A stretch of 63,650 nucleotides of DNA, the filler included, from Reticulomyxa filosa (taxonomy: Eukaryota > Protista > Foraminifera), in NCBI GenBank assembly GCA_000512085.1. It is 22 parts of 22 records of this genome, joined end to end, with 100 filler letters (N's around TTAATTAATTAA, not from the genome) between each part and the next. Parts side by side here need not be neighbours in the genome. Positions count along the whole stretch, not along the records: positions 37,819 to 40,395 come from ASPP01020971.1; positions 40,496 to 41,917 come from ASPP01012317.1; positions 42,018 to 43,389 come from ASPP01008530.1; positions 43,490 to 46,424 come from ASPP01023763.1; positions 46,525 to 47,673 come from ASPP01042454.1; positions 47,774 to 50,971 come from ASPP01042711.1; 16 more parts are not named here. One strand, written 5' to 3'. Both the position numbers and the translations under genes were made by a program. Position 1 is the first letter of the stretch; every line of letters starts with the position of its first letter. Below are positions 37,940 through 50,403 of the stretch, piece after piece. The notes beneath the pieces are model-generated. The model made no database searches, was not told the origin of the DNA, and saw only the letters and a list, made by a program, of their open reading frames with translations.

Positions 37940-38659
37940 CTAAAGCAAGAGTGTTTTGATGGTTGGAAAGTATTTGCAATTGCGACTTCAACAAGAGTTC
38001 CTTTTGCTTCTGCTTTTGAACGACCTCGAATTGGACTTGTTGCTCTTTTTCTTTCAAAGTCAAAATGACTGACTCGAGGGTGTCTTGGATCGTCTGTTTC
38101 AGCAATGTCTCTCGTGTCAGCTCTTCAATCGACAGCGCAATCTTTTCCATCAACGTCTCGCACTCTTGCTGTCGACCTTGCAACTTGTTGAATGCTTCCT
38201 GCTCGTGCACGGTCACGATTATACGGATTTGGTCATCTTTCCCTCGGACCAATCCTTTCAGCTTCGACTCTTCTCGCGATAACATTCGATTCATTACCAT
38301 TGTTGTGACGATCCTTCTGTTTTTGTTACTTGCTCTGATGCCCCTGGAATTATTGAATCGTCGTCCACGTTCACTTGTGGGACGCCCTCTCCGTATTTTG
38401 TTATTTCTTGTCCCTTCCATGTACTGCTCCCTTCTTGTGTCTGGCTTGCGTCACTTCTTCGCTTTTTCTCTTCTTCTATCCCCTTCATTAATCTTCGTGT
38501 CGACAATGTGTCCAACTTCATATCTTTTGCAAAGTCCACCAACTCGTCCACCTCAAATTCCAGCAATTCCTCGAGTGTCACCGTTCGTTCCTGGAAGGTT
38601 CTTTCCACCGAGGACAATTTGTTTGCAGCCAACCAGCTGCTTAACTCTCCTTGCGACAT
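37940..38659 (-). CDS. SAM-domain + coiled-coil protein, 3'-truncated
   Basis: SAM: ELSSWLAANKLSSVERTFQERTVTLEELLEF..KLDTLSTRRLMKGI. A GTAACA..AG intron of 62-68 nt joins it in phase to a long heptad region. Confidence 0.75.
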
Positions 38660-39342
38660 TTAATTATATGTCTCTTATTGCTTTATTATTTTATTTTTTT
38701 TAAAAAGGCAATATCTGATATGGAAAAAGTTTGCCTTTTTTTGTCCCTTTTCTTCAAGGCCCCCTATTTCGACGCATTTGCGCTCTACTCGTCCTCTTTT
38801 ACATTTCTCATTTTATGATGTGGACTTTTTCAATTGAACAGTTTGACAGTCAAACAAATGTTCCCAGTTCAAGTGGACAAGACAGTCAAAATAAGAATTC
38901 CTTATCCCAAGCAGTTTTATTAAAATTATCTCTGAAAAGAGTAAGGATAACAAAGGGACAAAAAAAAGTTGATTGGCTCTTTTTTTTTTTGTTGATTGAT
39001 AGTATTGTTGAAAAGAAAACTTGTTGAGAAATGGGCTTGAAGTGTAAGAAAAGCAACAAAAACAACAACAAACAAAAAACAATGTTTACGATCCAAATCT
39101 CCAAAGCAACCTGCCAGCAGATGATCCACAATAATTGATAACACTAACTCCTCCAGGTAAATAACTGACAATGTACAAAGCCATGACAACGAACTGAATA
39201 ATAATAACTGGTAGCAAGACAAACGCCGATTGTTGCTGTAACACAAATTATCCCTCTTCCATAAAATGAAATAAGACAAGTGCAAAACAAATTAACAAAT
39301 CAAAACTTTGACAGTCAAAATGATTGCAATTATTAACGTTCC

Positions 39343-39388
39343 AAGGGTTTGAATTCCGGGTTTTTAAAAACCCGGAATTCAAACCCTT
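39343..39388. repeat. Perfect 46-bp palindrome with no spacer
   Basis: AAGGGTTTGAATTCCGGGTTTTT|AAAAACCCGGAATTCAAACCCTT. Confidence 0.95.
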
Positions 39389-39798
39389 TCGGTTCCAACT
39401 TTATTTCTTAAAGAAGAGTTTGTGGAGGGTCTTGTTTTTTGTTAATTTACTGACATTTTTTTTAAAAAGTTACTTCACGTACACAAACGTTCTGCAGGAT
39501 AACAAAAAAATATATCTGTGATGCAAAGCAAAATATTTTTAAAAAATATACATTAAGAACTGAGTCAAAAAGCTAGTGTGATAAAGTTTTTAATTTTTCG
39601 TGTCCCACTCTGGGTTTTATTGCACGAAGCAAACCAGCTCTGTTTTTTCTATTCTTTTCTCAAAAAAAAAAAGGAGACCATTAAAATAATGTGGATGAGG
39701 TTTAATTAAAGTTCATAATTTGATATTTTGATTCAAGAACATTTGATTAGAAACCAATTGCGAGAGGAAAAGTAAAAAAAAAAAGAAAGGGAAAAAAT

Positions 39799-40320
39799 AT
39801 GACTGCAAGAACACACGAAGCTTACGACCGACAATCTATATCGTCAATTGCGGATATAATTGCACCTTCAAGACTGGAAGTAAAAAAAGTGACAGAGGAT
39901 GGAATAGATATTCACGCCGGGTGGGGCATAAAACAATTTCTGGTTGAGTGGCAAGATGTAGATGAAATCGATATGACAAAGATAAATCCTTATGAAGAGG
40001 AAATGTGTTTGAGATTGGCCTGGAGATTTCGTGGTTTGACTGGAATTGGGGTTAGTTGTTTGTGTCTGTCACTTTGAGTATACGTATATAAAATAATGGA
40101 TGGATAGTAGAGGAATGTCTTTTTTTTTTTTAATGTGTGTATTTGCGGATCTGGGAAATAAAAAGTCTTATCGCAAAGAGATAAGAAATGTATTAAAAGA
40201 AAACAGAAAAGTAATTAAGGCAAACTTGGAAAGGAAATTGTTTACAACACAAAGGCCAACCCAACAGCATATCGAAAACCGTGGTGTTGTGCCACCGGGA
40301 TACTTTGACCAAGGCCATGT
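39799..40320 (+). CDS. RPEL-repeat (G-actin-binding) protein, 3'-truncated
   Basis: IKANLERKLFTTQRPTQQHIENRGVVP matches the RPEL pattern LxxKLxxRPxxxxLxxRGI. Confidence 0.7.
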
Positions 40321-40657
40321 TATGTGTAAAAGAAATTATATTGCATATACCTTTTTTTTTTAAAAAAAAAAAAAAAAAAAGGGAAAAAAAAAAAANNNNN
40401 NNNNNNNNNNNNNNNNNNNNNNNNNNNNNNNNNNNNNNNTTAATTAATTAANNNNNNNNNNNNNNNNNNNNNNNNNNNNNNNNNNNNNNNNNNNNCAACC
40501 AAACGCGGAGGCTTAAGATAAAAATTTTTTTTTTTGCTTACATGCTTTTATTAATAATTTTTAAAATTAAAAAAAAAAAACTTGGATAAGCAAAAAAGTG
40601 CGAATAAAGCACAATGACACAATAGACAATAAGCAATCGCAAAGACAAAAACAACAC

Positions 40658-41005
40658 CTGGACAAAATTCCATGACGAAATACAAATTACTTGCGTCTTG
40701 GAATGACAGATACAATTTGACAAGTAACCAGTTGTCGACGGTTACCATTAGATCTCGCTCGGTTCGCACGTGGTTTATTTGCTTTTTTTCAATCATCTTC
40801 TTTTTCAGTAGTGACTTCATTGCAAATACCTCTTTGGTATCTTTTTTTCGAACTACGCGCACTTCTCCTACCCGCCCTTTCCTATCACTGAAATTAAATC
40901 GTAGTCATTCACATGATGTTTGCTTCGACGGGCATGGACGTGATTATGGTGATTTGGGGCTTTCGTATTGTGCCCATCGTTATTGGCAGAAGAGTTTTGG
41001 GCCAT
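40658..41005 (-). pseudogene. NDR/LATS-family AGC kinase first exon with a 1-nt frameshift in the Gly-rich loop
   Basis: MAQNSS..NDYDLISVIGKGG[-1 nt at 40869]GEVRVVRKKDTKEVFAMKSLLKKKMIEKKQINHVRTERD..VKLYLSFQDASNLYFVMEFCPG. Confidence 0.8.
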
Positions 41006-42664
41006 TTCTGGTTTTCAATAAAAAAAGGAAACACACAAGCCGGCTAACTTTGTAGCAAACACTAAATCTTTCATTAAGAAATCAACAACTTTGTAATTTA
41101 TGGCTTACCGAATTGTCCCACAATAAATTATTTTTGTATTATTGTTTTGTGAAATTTTTATAATAAACGAGACAAATCCTTGCTTCTTTCATGATAAATA
41201 GTACTAACTACATGATTTATCTCAAAACAACTAACAATCAATATTAACACAAGAGTTTAAACATAAAAAAGATCGCAGTCAGACTAATATTACAGTATAG
41301 CTAAAAAACTGAAACATCAGATTCTATATTAAAAATTGATTTCTGAATGAAAATAATATCTAATTATTTTTTAAAAAATGTACAAATAGTATAGTTTTAA
41401 ATATAGTTTAGTTTTATATATTTAGAAATTTTTCAAAATTTAACATTTTTGACTTTTATTTATTTGTTTATTTTAATTCTTTTTATGATGTTTAGCTCTT
41501 TTCAACATTTTTGTTTATTTTTCATTATATCAAATATTTTATATATTTCAATAAAATATATAATTATTTTTTTAATTTTATTATTTAGTTATTTATTTTT
41601 ACTAACATTTTGCTAAAGAAGAATAACTTAGTTGTTTCTTTACAAATATAGTATTGTAACATTTACTATTAATTTTTTAGGTTGATTATCAAGTAATGTT
41701 TTTTAATATACTTTTTGCAGCACATGTAATATTTTTAAATTTCCTTTGATTCTTTTACGAATTAATTAATTTGATTTGATTCTATTACATATTTTTTAAA
41801 ACTTATTTTACTGTATATTACTATAAAAAATTTTAAAATTTATTTATAATCACTTATTATACAAATAATTGATGACAAAAAAAAAAATAAAGAAAACACA
41901 CAGCACAATACGTTAATNNNNNNNNNNNNNNNNNNNNNNNNNNNNNNNNNNNNNNNNNNNNTTAATTAATTAANNNNNNNNNNNNNNNNNNNNNNNNNNN
42001 NNNNNNNNNNNNNNNNNTGAATGGACAACAAAAAATCAATAGGAAAAGCAAAAAAAAAAAAAATTATTTCATACGCTGGGTCGTATACTGAAGAGGTTTG
42101 GTTTGATTCAAATGGGGGAACGTTCATCTCAGGTGAAGTGTGCGCTTGTGTTTCTACTTTTGACTCTTTTTCTTTCGTTTCTTCGTCTTTTGTACTATAC
42201 AACAACCAGCAAAAATGTTTGTGACGGTGGATTTTATTTAGATAAGACACAAGCACCTGATGCAGCCCATTATTATTAATCCTAAAGAAAGGAAGCCGTA
42301 AATTTTAGAACTGGGAATATCTTTCAGGTCTGAGGCACAGTTTAGAAAACAATACTTCAAAGACCAGTCGTTGAAATTTTATGTATTTTGCTTCGTTTTG
42401 CAATAATTATGTCAAAAAAATAGACAAATGATGTCGTTTAGCAAACTTTTTTAAAAATGTTTTATCAATTTTCTAAGAGGAAAAGATGTCTGAAGTGAGT
42501 GCGAATCGTATCACATTGTAAGATTTTACTTCATCTAGCAAATTATATTACCTTTGGATTATCTAAGCAAACGTATCCAAAGCAACAGTGGATTAGTCAA
42601 TACTTGGTGAAACAAAGTAAGAAAAGGAATTCAGAATTGCAATAAATAAGTATATTTTCAAACC

Positions 42665-43389
42665 ATGACATCCGAAGTTGAAAACAAATCGACCTCTGCA
42701 CCTAAAGAATCCCGTCGCTGGGTAGAAGTGTTAGAATACCAACGAAAATCTGCAATTGTGTGGAGAGCACCGTTTCTTCCAGATGACCCTTCTCCTTTTG
42801 AGATTATCAAAGGCCACTCAACCAGCAAGGTAGCACCTTGTTATTCTTTGCAGTTAATTGACAGAAATTCTTTTTTTTAATTTTATTTAAAACTTTGGTC
42901 CATTGCGATGTCGTACATGCAACACACTATGCATATGTGTGTATCCAACTCTGCGACAACGTATGGGGAAAAAAAGAACTTTGTATGAGTATCAGCTGCC
43001 GTCTCAACTTGCATGGGATAACGAATGGAACATTTTGATTGAGCCAGGTAAAACCGATGAGGAAGGATGGTCCTATGGTGTGAGGTTTGATTCGGAAGAT
43101 TTCCGAGTCAATCCGACACATTGCTGTTATGTCAGGTAGACTTGGTGCTTATATCTGTGCATATATCTGTGTGTACGTGTAAAGAGGGGGGGGAGGGTAG
43201 GACATTGCAAGGCGGCATTAACAAAAAAAAAAAAAAAAGAGGAGCTGTGATGCATGTACAAATACATCCCAAACTTTAATTTTTTTTTTTCAAAAAAAAA
43301 AAAAAAAAAGGAAACGTAAATATGTGAGAGATTATAAGAGAGGTCAGCCAATTGATCCAAATCAACCCACAACAGGACCAAATCTACTC
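42665..43389 (+). CDS. DysF (dysferlin/Pex24-type) domain protein, 3'-truncated
   Basis: VEVLEYQR..W..PFLPDDP; LPSQLAWDNEWNI; TDEEGWSYG; CYVR/KRKYVR. Confidence 0.8.
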
Positions 43390-44079
43390 NNNNNNNNNNN
43401 NNNNNNNNNNNNNNNNNNNNNNNNNNNNNNNNNTTAATTAATTAANNNNNNNNNNNNNNNNNNNNNNNNNNNNNNNNNNNNNNNNNNNNTGCCATTTAGG
43501 TATGGCAGTTTTTTTTGCAATCTACTGTAATACGAAAGGAACTTAGTTCCAAAAGCAACTTCAGTAAAAGAAATTAAATTAACAAAAATAATTTCAACAC
43601 AAGAAAGGAAAACAAGTAAAGAAAATATAAAAGTGAGTTGTGTTGTGAAGAGGGTTTTAACCCACCGTTCACTTAGTATTTGAGATTGTATAATATTGAC
43701 TTATCCTACATTTGTACGACTGATTCATTTCATTTTCACAATTTGTTTCTGCTTATTTTATTTCTTTCTAGCTGCTTTGCTCTTTAATACTTTGTTTTAT
43801 TTTGTTCTTTAGATTGATGATATCGTTGTTTCTTTCAATTTTTAAATTTTTTTTATTAGTGAACGTGTTATTTCTTTTATATTACTACCACTTTACATAA
43901 GCATTTTATAGCATTCATTTGTCACCTTCTCTTGAGTACATTTTACTGAACAAATATTTTATGTTTGATTGGAACTGTGATGATTTGATTAAATTTTTTA
44001 AAGCGTTTATAATACATACCAAAATTCAAATTTTTTTTGTAACAAAGTCTGAATATTAACATGTGACGTGGAAATCCGT

Positions 44080-46020
44080 TCAACTAGAAGTTTTTTGTGA
44101 ACAAAAAAGCTGAGACATTTTGTCAATGACCAAGTCTCGAATGCGACTAGCATCTTCTTTTTCATGGCTTGCCATCAGTCCGCAAGCAGTGTCATTTAGC
44201 TCAAGGATGACCTCTTTGCCATCTTTTAACCGCAACACATCGAGCGCGCAAATATCTAGTCCACCAAACGCTTTGGCTGCCGTCTCAATCCATTCGATAT
44301 GATGTTTTTCCAACTCAAAGTCAACAAACGATATATTGCCCCAATTGTTCCTTTTTTAAAAAAACGTGCAGTGCAGCGCATATGCAATATATGTACATAT
44401 GAATATGCATGCATATATATATGTATATATATGTATACGTAGAGACAAATATAGAAGCAATAACAACTCATTTAATTTATATCTTCAAAACAAAAAAATG
44501 CAAAACTTCCAAGAAGTTGAAGAAATACGTTTAAAACCGCGATGGAAATTGCCGAGTTTTTGGATTCTGTAAACACGCAGTTTTACAAAATAAACAACGA
44601 TAAAAAGCAAAAGAACACAGACCCATATTGAATATAAATATAAATATAAATATAAATATAAATATAAATATAAATATAAATATAAATATATACATATGTA
44701 TTTTATAATATGTATGTGTATATACGTATACCTGAATTCAAAATCAATATTTTGAACTAAAGTCTCTTCGGTGTAAAAGTCTTTCGACAAAATGAGAATG
44801 GACCTAACATCCGCCATGCCTTCGTCATCAAACGCACGGATTTTACCATAGCCACTGTGAGTCGACGCCACTTTGATTACCTGTAATTGTGTTGGCATTT
44901 ATTTGACACATACATACTTATATGTACATATACATATATGTACATATAAGTATACGTATAAGCAACTTTGGGATAAGACACAGCGCCAGCGGAAGTCAAC
45001 AAAGCATCTGTTCGTGGCGTGAAATTGGGGTGGAATGTCATTGGTACCATTGGCAAGCCAAGTCGATTCATTTCGGCATACATCAAAGGTCTGTGCATTC
45101 CCATGAATATGCTGTTCCACGAGTTCACCGAAGGAACGCCGCTGAACTAAATCCCATCAATAGAGACTTGAAATCATTCCTTTTTTTTTTTTTTAAAAAA
45201 AAAAAAAATTTATGTATAACGTACCCTCAACGTAGTAACTAGTACGTATACACAATTATATGTATACGTATACACAATTTATGTATACGTATACGTCTGT
45301 ATGTATATACGTATTTGCTATGCACGTGACGGCATAACAAGTTGCATTTGAATAATATTTATACACAAAACAAATAGACATACCGTGGATATCAGTCGGA
45401 AAGTTACGAATTAAGACAAAGTCTGGTTGGCACTGACGCGGCTTTCCTTGAGACGTAAACGGAATGGGCTCGCGATTCGGCTGCAAATCTACTACCAATC
45501 GTTCGTCGTTTTTGACGACGCTTTTTTTTTTTTTTTTTTTTTTAATGGCTATGTGGTTGTCACTATTGGTCATGAGATGCAAATAGCACATAATTTATAC
45601 CTTCCAAGTCAATGTACGACCATAATGTTTGCTCGACTATTTTGTCATGTGAGGAAAGAAGGAGAGAAGAGGAGGGGGAGTTATGACAAAGTACTTTGAT
45701 GTATTGCATTAAAAAGGAAGAGAGTGGATTAAGCACAACACAGGTATTTGGGCAGTTGGATAAAGCTACATACTTTGCAGTGGAGTGCCGTCTGCCAATG
45801 CTGCATCTTTAAATTGCTCGTACCAATTGGTTTGAAAATCAATCACTAGGACCACTTTTGGCTCTTTCTTTTTGTCTGGCTTGTGTTTTGGCGGGAGAAT
45901 GGCCACTTCTTCCCGCTTTTCTTCCACTACTTGCTTTAGTCCTTTCTTCGTGTCAAACGTATTCAATTCTGAAAAAAGCTTATTCGCTTGTGCATGCTTT
46001 TTTGGATGATCCTCGGACAT
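44080..46020 (-). CDS. Synapsin-like ATP-grasp protein with an N-terminal WH2/beta-thymosin-like motif, multi-exon
   Basis: VLVIDFQTNWYEQF, IEQTLW, PDFVLIRN, GVPSVNSWNSI, PKVIKVASTHSGYGK, RIQKLG..FKRISSTSWKNNWG, GGLDICALD..DGKEVILELND: the synapsin C-domain motifs in order. Confidence 0.9.
44631..44690. repeat. (AAATAT)n microsatellite inside a synapsin intron
   Basis: About 9 tandem hexamers. Confidence 0.9.
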
Positions 46021-46524
46021 GCTTTTCTCTGGGGACTTGTTTCAAAAAAAGTTCTGTGTTCCATAAGCACAGAAACACGCAAAACTGTGGTTTAATTTGT
46101 TTGCTCTTTTTACATGTTTTGTGATACATTTGTTGGATGAATAAATTTTATGTTGAACAAACATTTGAACGTTGAACTATTGGAGTGTTCATGCATGGAA
46201 TGTTTTTAAGCTGGAGCATGGAAAAAAACCATAATGATAGATAAATAATAAAATAAAGTGGAAGCTGTAGAAAAAGCAAAGCTAAATTAGGCAGCATTTC
46301 TAACAACCAAACTATTTTGCTATCTTAAATAATTAAAAAAGGAAAGGTCGATGACAAATGTTGTTTTTCTTAAAAGGCTTTTTACTTTCGAATCTGATAC
46401 ATGTGCCCACTCTTTTTTTTTTTTNNNNNNNNNNNNNNNNNNNNNNNNNNNNNNNNNNNNNNNNNNNNTTAATTAATTAANNNNNNNNNNNNNNNNNNNN
46501 NNNNNNNNNNNNNNNNNNNNNNNN

Positions 46525-47410
46525 TTGGCACAATACATCGGAGCTATTGCTGAGATTAACAGAATCTATTTATTCATCCTTTAATAATAATGGAGTATCA
46601 TATGCTGTATTATTGGACATATCATCAGCATATGACAGTGTATGGATAGATGGATTAATGCACAAGATGAGATATGAATTTGGATTAAAAGGAAGAACGT
46701 ATTGGTGGTTGGATAGCTTCCTCAAAGATCGAATTGGACAAGTGGTACTGAATGGAGTCAATTACAGTGAGAGAAATTTTGAAGTTGGAGTACCTCAGGG
46801 GTCATCATTATCTCCTATGCTATTCCTATTATACATCAATGACCTAGTAAAGATCCAATTCAATGTGGAATATTTGCAGATGATGTTGCGCTGTGGACAT
46901 TCATTTACATCAGCGATGAAAAAGAAATGGAATGGCAATTAAATCAATTATAAAAGGGTTTGGACAATGTGAGTTTGTTGGCATCAAAGTGAAAATGCAA
47001 AGAGTGGCAATGTGCAGAGTCCTTGGTGTTATGAAATCGACAGCGTACGACACAGTGGATGTATCTCACAGACTCCACCATTGGAATTACGACGACATCA
47101 AGAAAAAGTGAAACTCTATCACAAATGTATTCGATGGAATAATAAATTTCCGGATCACAATTTAGCAATGGCGTATCAATTGTGGAGAATCAATCACGAT
47201 ATTGAAAGTGATGTAAAGATAAGTTGGAGAGGAAAACTATCAACTTTGTCTAGAGCATACATTCACGCAGCTGAATTTGGTATTCCAGATGTGCAGCCAG
47301 ATCAATATTCTCACTCAAACGTGCTGCCAATGCAAATTGCAAAGCTTCCTCATTCCAGTAAATCACCCTTCGAGAAATGGAAAAAGCCAACATCTGAAGA
47401 AATCTTATAG
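46525..47410 (+). mobile_element. Degenerate non-LTR retrotransposon (LINE) reverse transcriptase fragment
   Basis: LLDISSAYDSVW, WLDSFLKDR, GVPQGSSLSPMLFLLYINDL, FADDVALW in a shifted frame, and downstream PPLELRR; frameshifts and an apparent internal deletion. Confidence 0.9.
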
Positions 47411-48252
47411 ATTCATGGCGAGTGTCAATCAAGAATTTGTTGCCGCATTTTCAATTCAACACATCGAACCTGAGAAGTTTGATGATAGGAGACAAGATAT
47501 GGGAACCCGAAACAAGAACAAAAATTGTCAAAGAACTTGTGAAGTTCATCGTGGCAACTGGAAGAATTATTTAAGATATTTTTTATCAATGTTTTTTAAA
47601 TATTTTCGGTACAAAAGTTTCTTTTCAAATGTTGCAAAAAACGCCTAATTGGTTGTTTGGTTATACTTGTATTNNNNNNNNNNNNNNNNNNNNNNNNNNN
47701 NNNNNNNNNNNNNNNNNTTAATTAATTAANNNNNNNNNNNNNNNNNNNNNNNNNNNNNNNNNNNNNNNNNNNNACAACTTGTTTTCTATTTAGAAGCAAA
47801 TTGCTCAAGGTGCAAAAACAATTTCGTAATATTGTTTAGCACTCACAAAAAACAAAAGAAAACAAACAAAGAAACAAGTGTAAATTAAAAAAGCTCAGCT
47901 GACGACCTTGTAAAAATGGTACAAATAACTTTTAAGCAAAAAAATTTACTTGAATATACTGATTTAAATGTTTTATCATATTTTAAAAAAATCTTTGCAT
48001 TCTTTGTTCATTTGCATAATTTATTGTCAAACATCATATTTTGTACAAATAAGATATACAATAAAAAAATTGATATAGCCATCTATCTTTTGATATTTTC
48101 ATATTTTGTGTTAATTATGCTTGTTTTTTCGTAATTTTTTCAAATTTTTATCAATAATTTTTAAATATTCACACAAAGTAAATGAAAAACATTAAAAAAG
48201 AAAAACCGACAAAAAAGAATTTTTTTCTCAAATATCCATTAGTTGACCAATC

Positions 48253-49907
48253 ATGAGTCAACCATCCAAAAAACCAACCACTCCATTGCGTGGAGGGGAT
48301 ATTAGTTATCCAGCAACAACTCGACAGAGTAGCAATGCCATAATCTCAAGTAATTCTGGAACATTGCACAGCCCAGCGGGGGGTCGGTCGCAAGTAAATA
48401 TGCGCATAACGGATGACAATGGCGAAGCATTCAAAGGACATGTTCGTTACAAAAAGCCACAAAAAATGTTTCACAGCAATGAATTTAAGACAAGATTTAT
48501 CGTATTAGATCCCAACGGACGTTTATTCCGCATATATCGAGATTCTCAAGAATATGAGAAGACACCAAATGCACAGCGTTTCGAGCACGATATCAATGAA
48601 CACATCGTGGAGACTTGGGATTGAAAGTCAAGCTCAAAAAGCAAAGAGAGCGTACAGCAATAGCAGCCTGTTTGAAGAGTTTGTGCGAAGCGTATACTTT
48701 GAAACTGATTTAAACTTTCGATGTGCCGCTTTGCAGCTCATTAATGCTGCACTGGGCTATATGCCGGAGATCGATGAGCGAGTAATGGCAAGACAGAATC
48801 TGAGTGAAGTCCAAGACATATCTGTGGACCGTTATACTACTGAGCACCACTGGTGAAATGGCCGCCAAACTGCGAGCCATGTGCAACGAAGAGTCCTTTG
48901 ACGACGCCAACAAAAAAGATACAAGAGTTTAAAGAAAAGAGTCAACTTTTGCAAGAGTTGCAATTAATGCAAGGTTATATATACATAATTTTGATTGTCT
49001 GTTTGAAATGATATTACAATATTAGAGGGTGGATTCCCCAGCTTCGAACTGATGAAAAAGTGGCTCAGTTTGGCAGAAGACGAAGTCGAACATGAAGAAG
49101 TGCGTTTGAGCAAACAAGAGATGGAAACGCTGCGATCGCAATTGGACGAAAGCAAGCGCGAGTTGATCAAGCTACAAACGCAAATGAATTGGATGAAGCT
49201 GAAGCACGCCACCAAAACGCAACTAATGTCACTGCAAATTGATATTCTCAAAAAAAGGCATATGGTTAACATTAACATTAACACTAATATCAGCATTACA
49301 AATCCAATGATAATACTTCTGTTTTATGTTTACATTATTTTTTTTTTTTTGAAAGAAATCCGCCACAATTGTCGCGCCAACCAAGCCTCTGCCATCAATG
49401 CCGGACGGCAGATCCGATAGCAATACAAAAGTCCCAACTCCAGCACCTCTTCCAACCGCCACGGGTGCTCCAACCCCTGCGCCGTTGCCCACGACCACGT
49501 CGAAAGCAACAAATGCGCCCATTCCTGGCGGTGCTCCAGTACCTGCCCCAGTGCCAGCACCAGCACCTATTCCCGGAGGAGCCAAAGCTACAGCCCCGAC
49601 AGCAATCAGTGCACCTGTTCCTCTTGCAGGAGCACCTGTTCCACTTGCAGGAGCTCCCGTGCCATTACCATCGCTACCGGGACTGGGTCTGCAAACGTTG
49701 CCAAACTTATCGGGAGGAAAGTCGCTGCCCAAAGCACCGGTCATCGACACGCCGAAGCTGCGCGTGAAAGTGAAGAACTTGCATTGGAATGCGCTGAAGC
49801 GAACCAATGACACGGCGGACACTATTTGGGCGGACATGGGTCTAGACTCGCTCGACATTGTCGTGCACACCACCGAAAAAACGACGTCTCGAAAGACACT
49901 AACATAA
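48253..49907 (+). pseudogene. Formin relic: partial PH, partial FH3, coiled coil, Pro/Ala-rich FH1-like segment, first ~35 aa of FH2
   Basis: PH FKGHVRYKK..FKTRFIVL; FH3 AALQLINAAL..IDERVMARQNL; FH2 start PKLRVKVKNLHWNALK..DTIW then stop. Frames are not restorable with clean GT-AG introns. Confidence 0.75.
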
Positions 49908-50403
49908 GACTATTTTTGCAACAATATCATTTTATTTGAAGTTTCTGCAAAAACAGTTTGTGCAAACAAAAGTTGGAGTGGGTTATGCAAGTCTTTGATC
50001 TCTTCTTGCTAAAAACTGTTCAATAGATTGTTATGAAAAAATAGAAAAAAAAGAACATCAAAAAGATAGCGATAAAGTGTTTCGCATAAACTCTACTTTA
50101 AGTGCAAAATGTATATCAAACTCTAATCAAAATTGTTCACATTTTTGCTTTTGTAAGCAATCAGTTCTTGATTTTTTTGCATACAGTCTTCGATTGTTTT
50201 ATTCAATTCGAATTGGCATGATTCGCTAATGTACACACATATACATATACACACGCAAGACAAACAAAACATGATCTAATCTCAAACATGTCTTGTTTAA
50301 ATCTAAACAAACATTTGTTGGGTGCTTATTTCTCGTTCTGAATTGATCATCTGTAAGGAAACACGCATTTCGCGCAAAATTGGATCTCTGTCGTTATTCT
50401 CGT

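Noticed and set aside
38230-38330. Programmed frameshift in the SAM/coiled-coil gene
   Set aside because: A canonical GTAACA..AG intron of 62-68 nt restores the frame.
41100-41917. Extremely AT-rich tract as an origin or centromere
   Set aside because: No repeat structure; similar tracts occur at 34089-34900 and 58539-59170 as ordinary intergenic DNA.
39799-49907. Apparent cluster of actin-related genes (RPEL, WH2-synapsin, formin)
   Set aside because: They lie on different contigs separated by linkers, so adjacency is not evidence of a real cluster.
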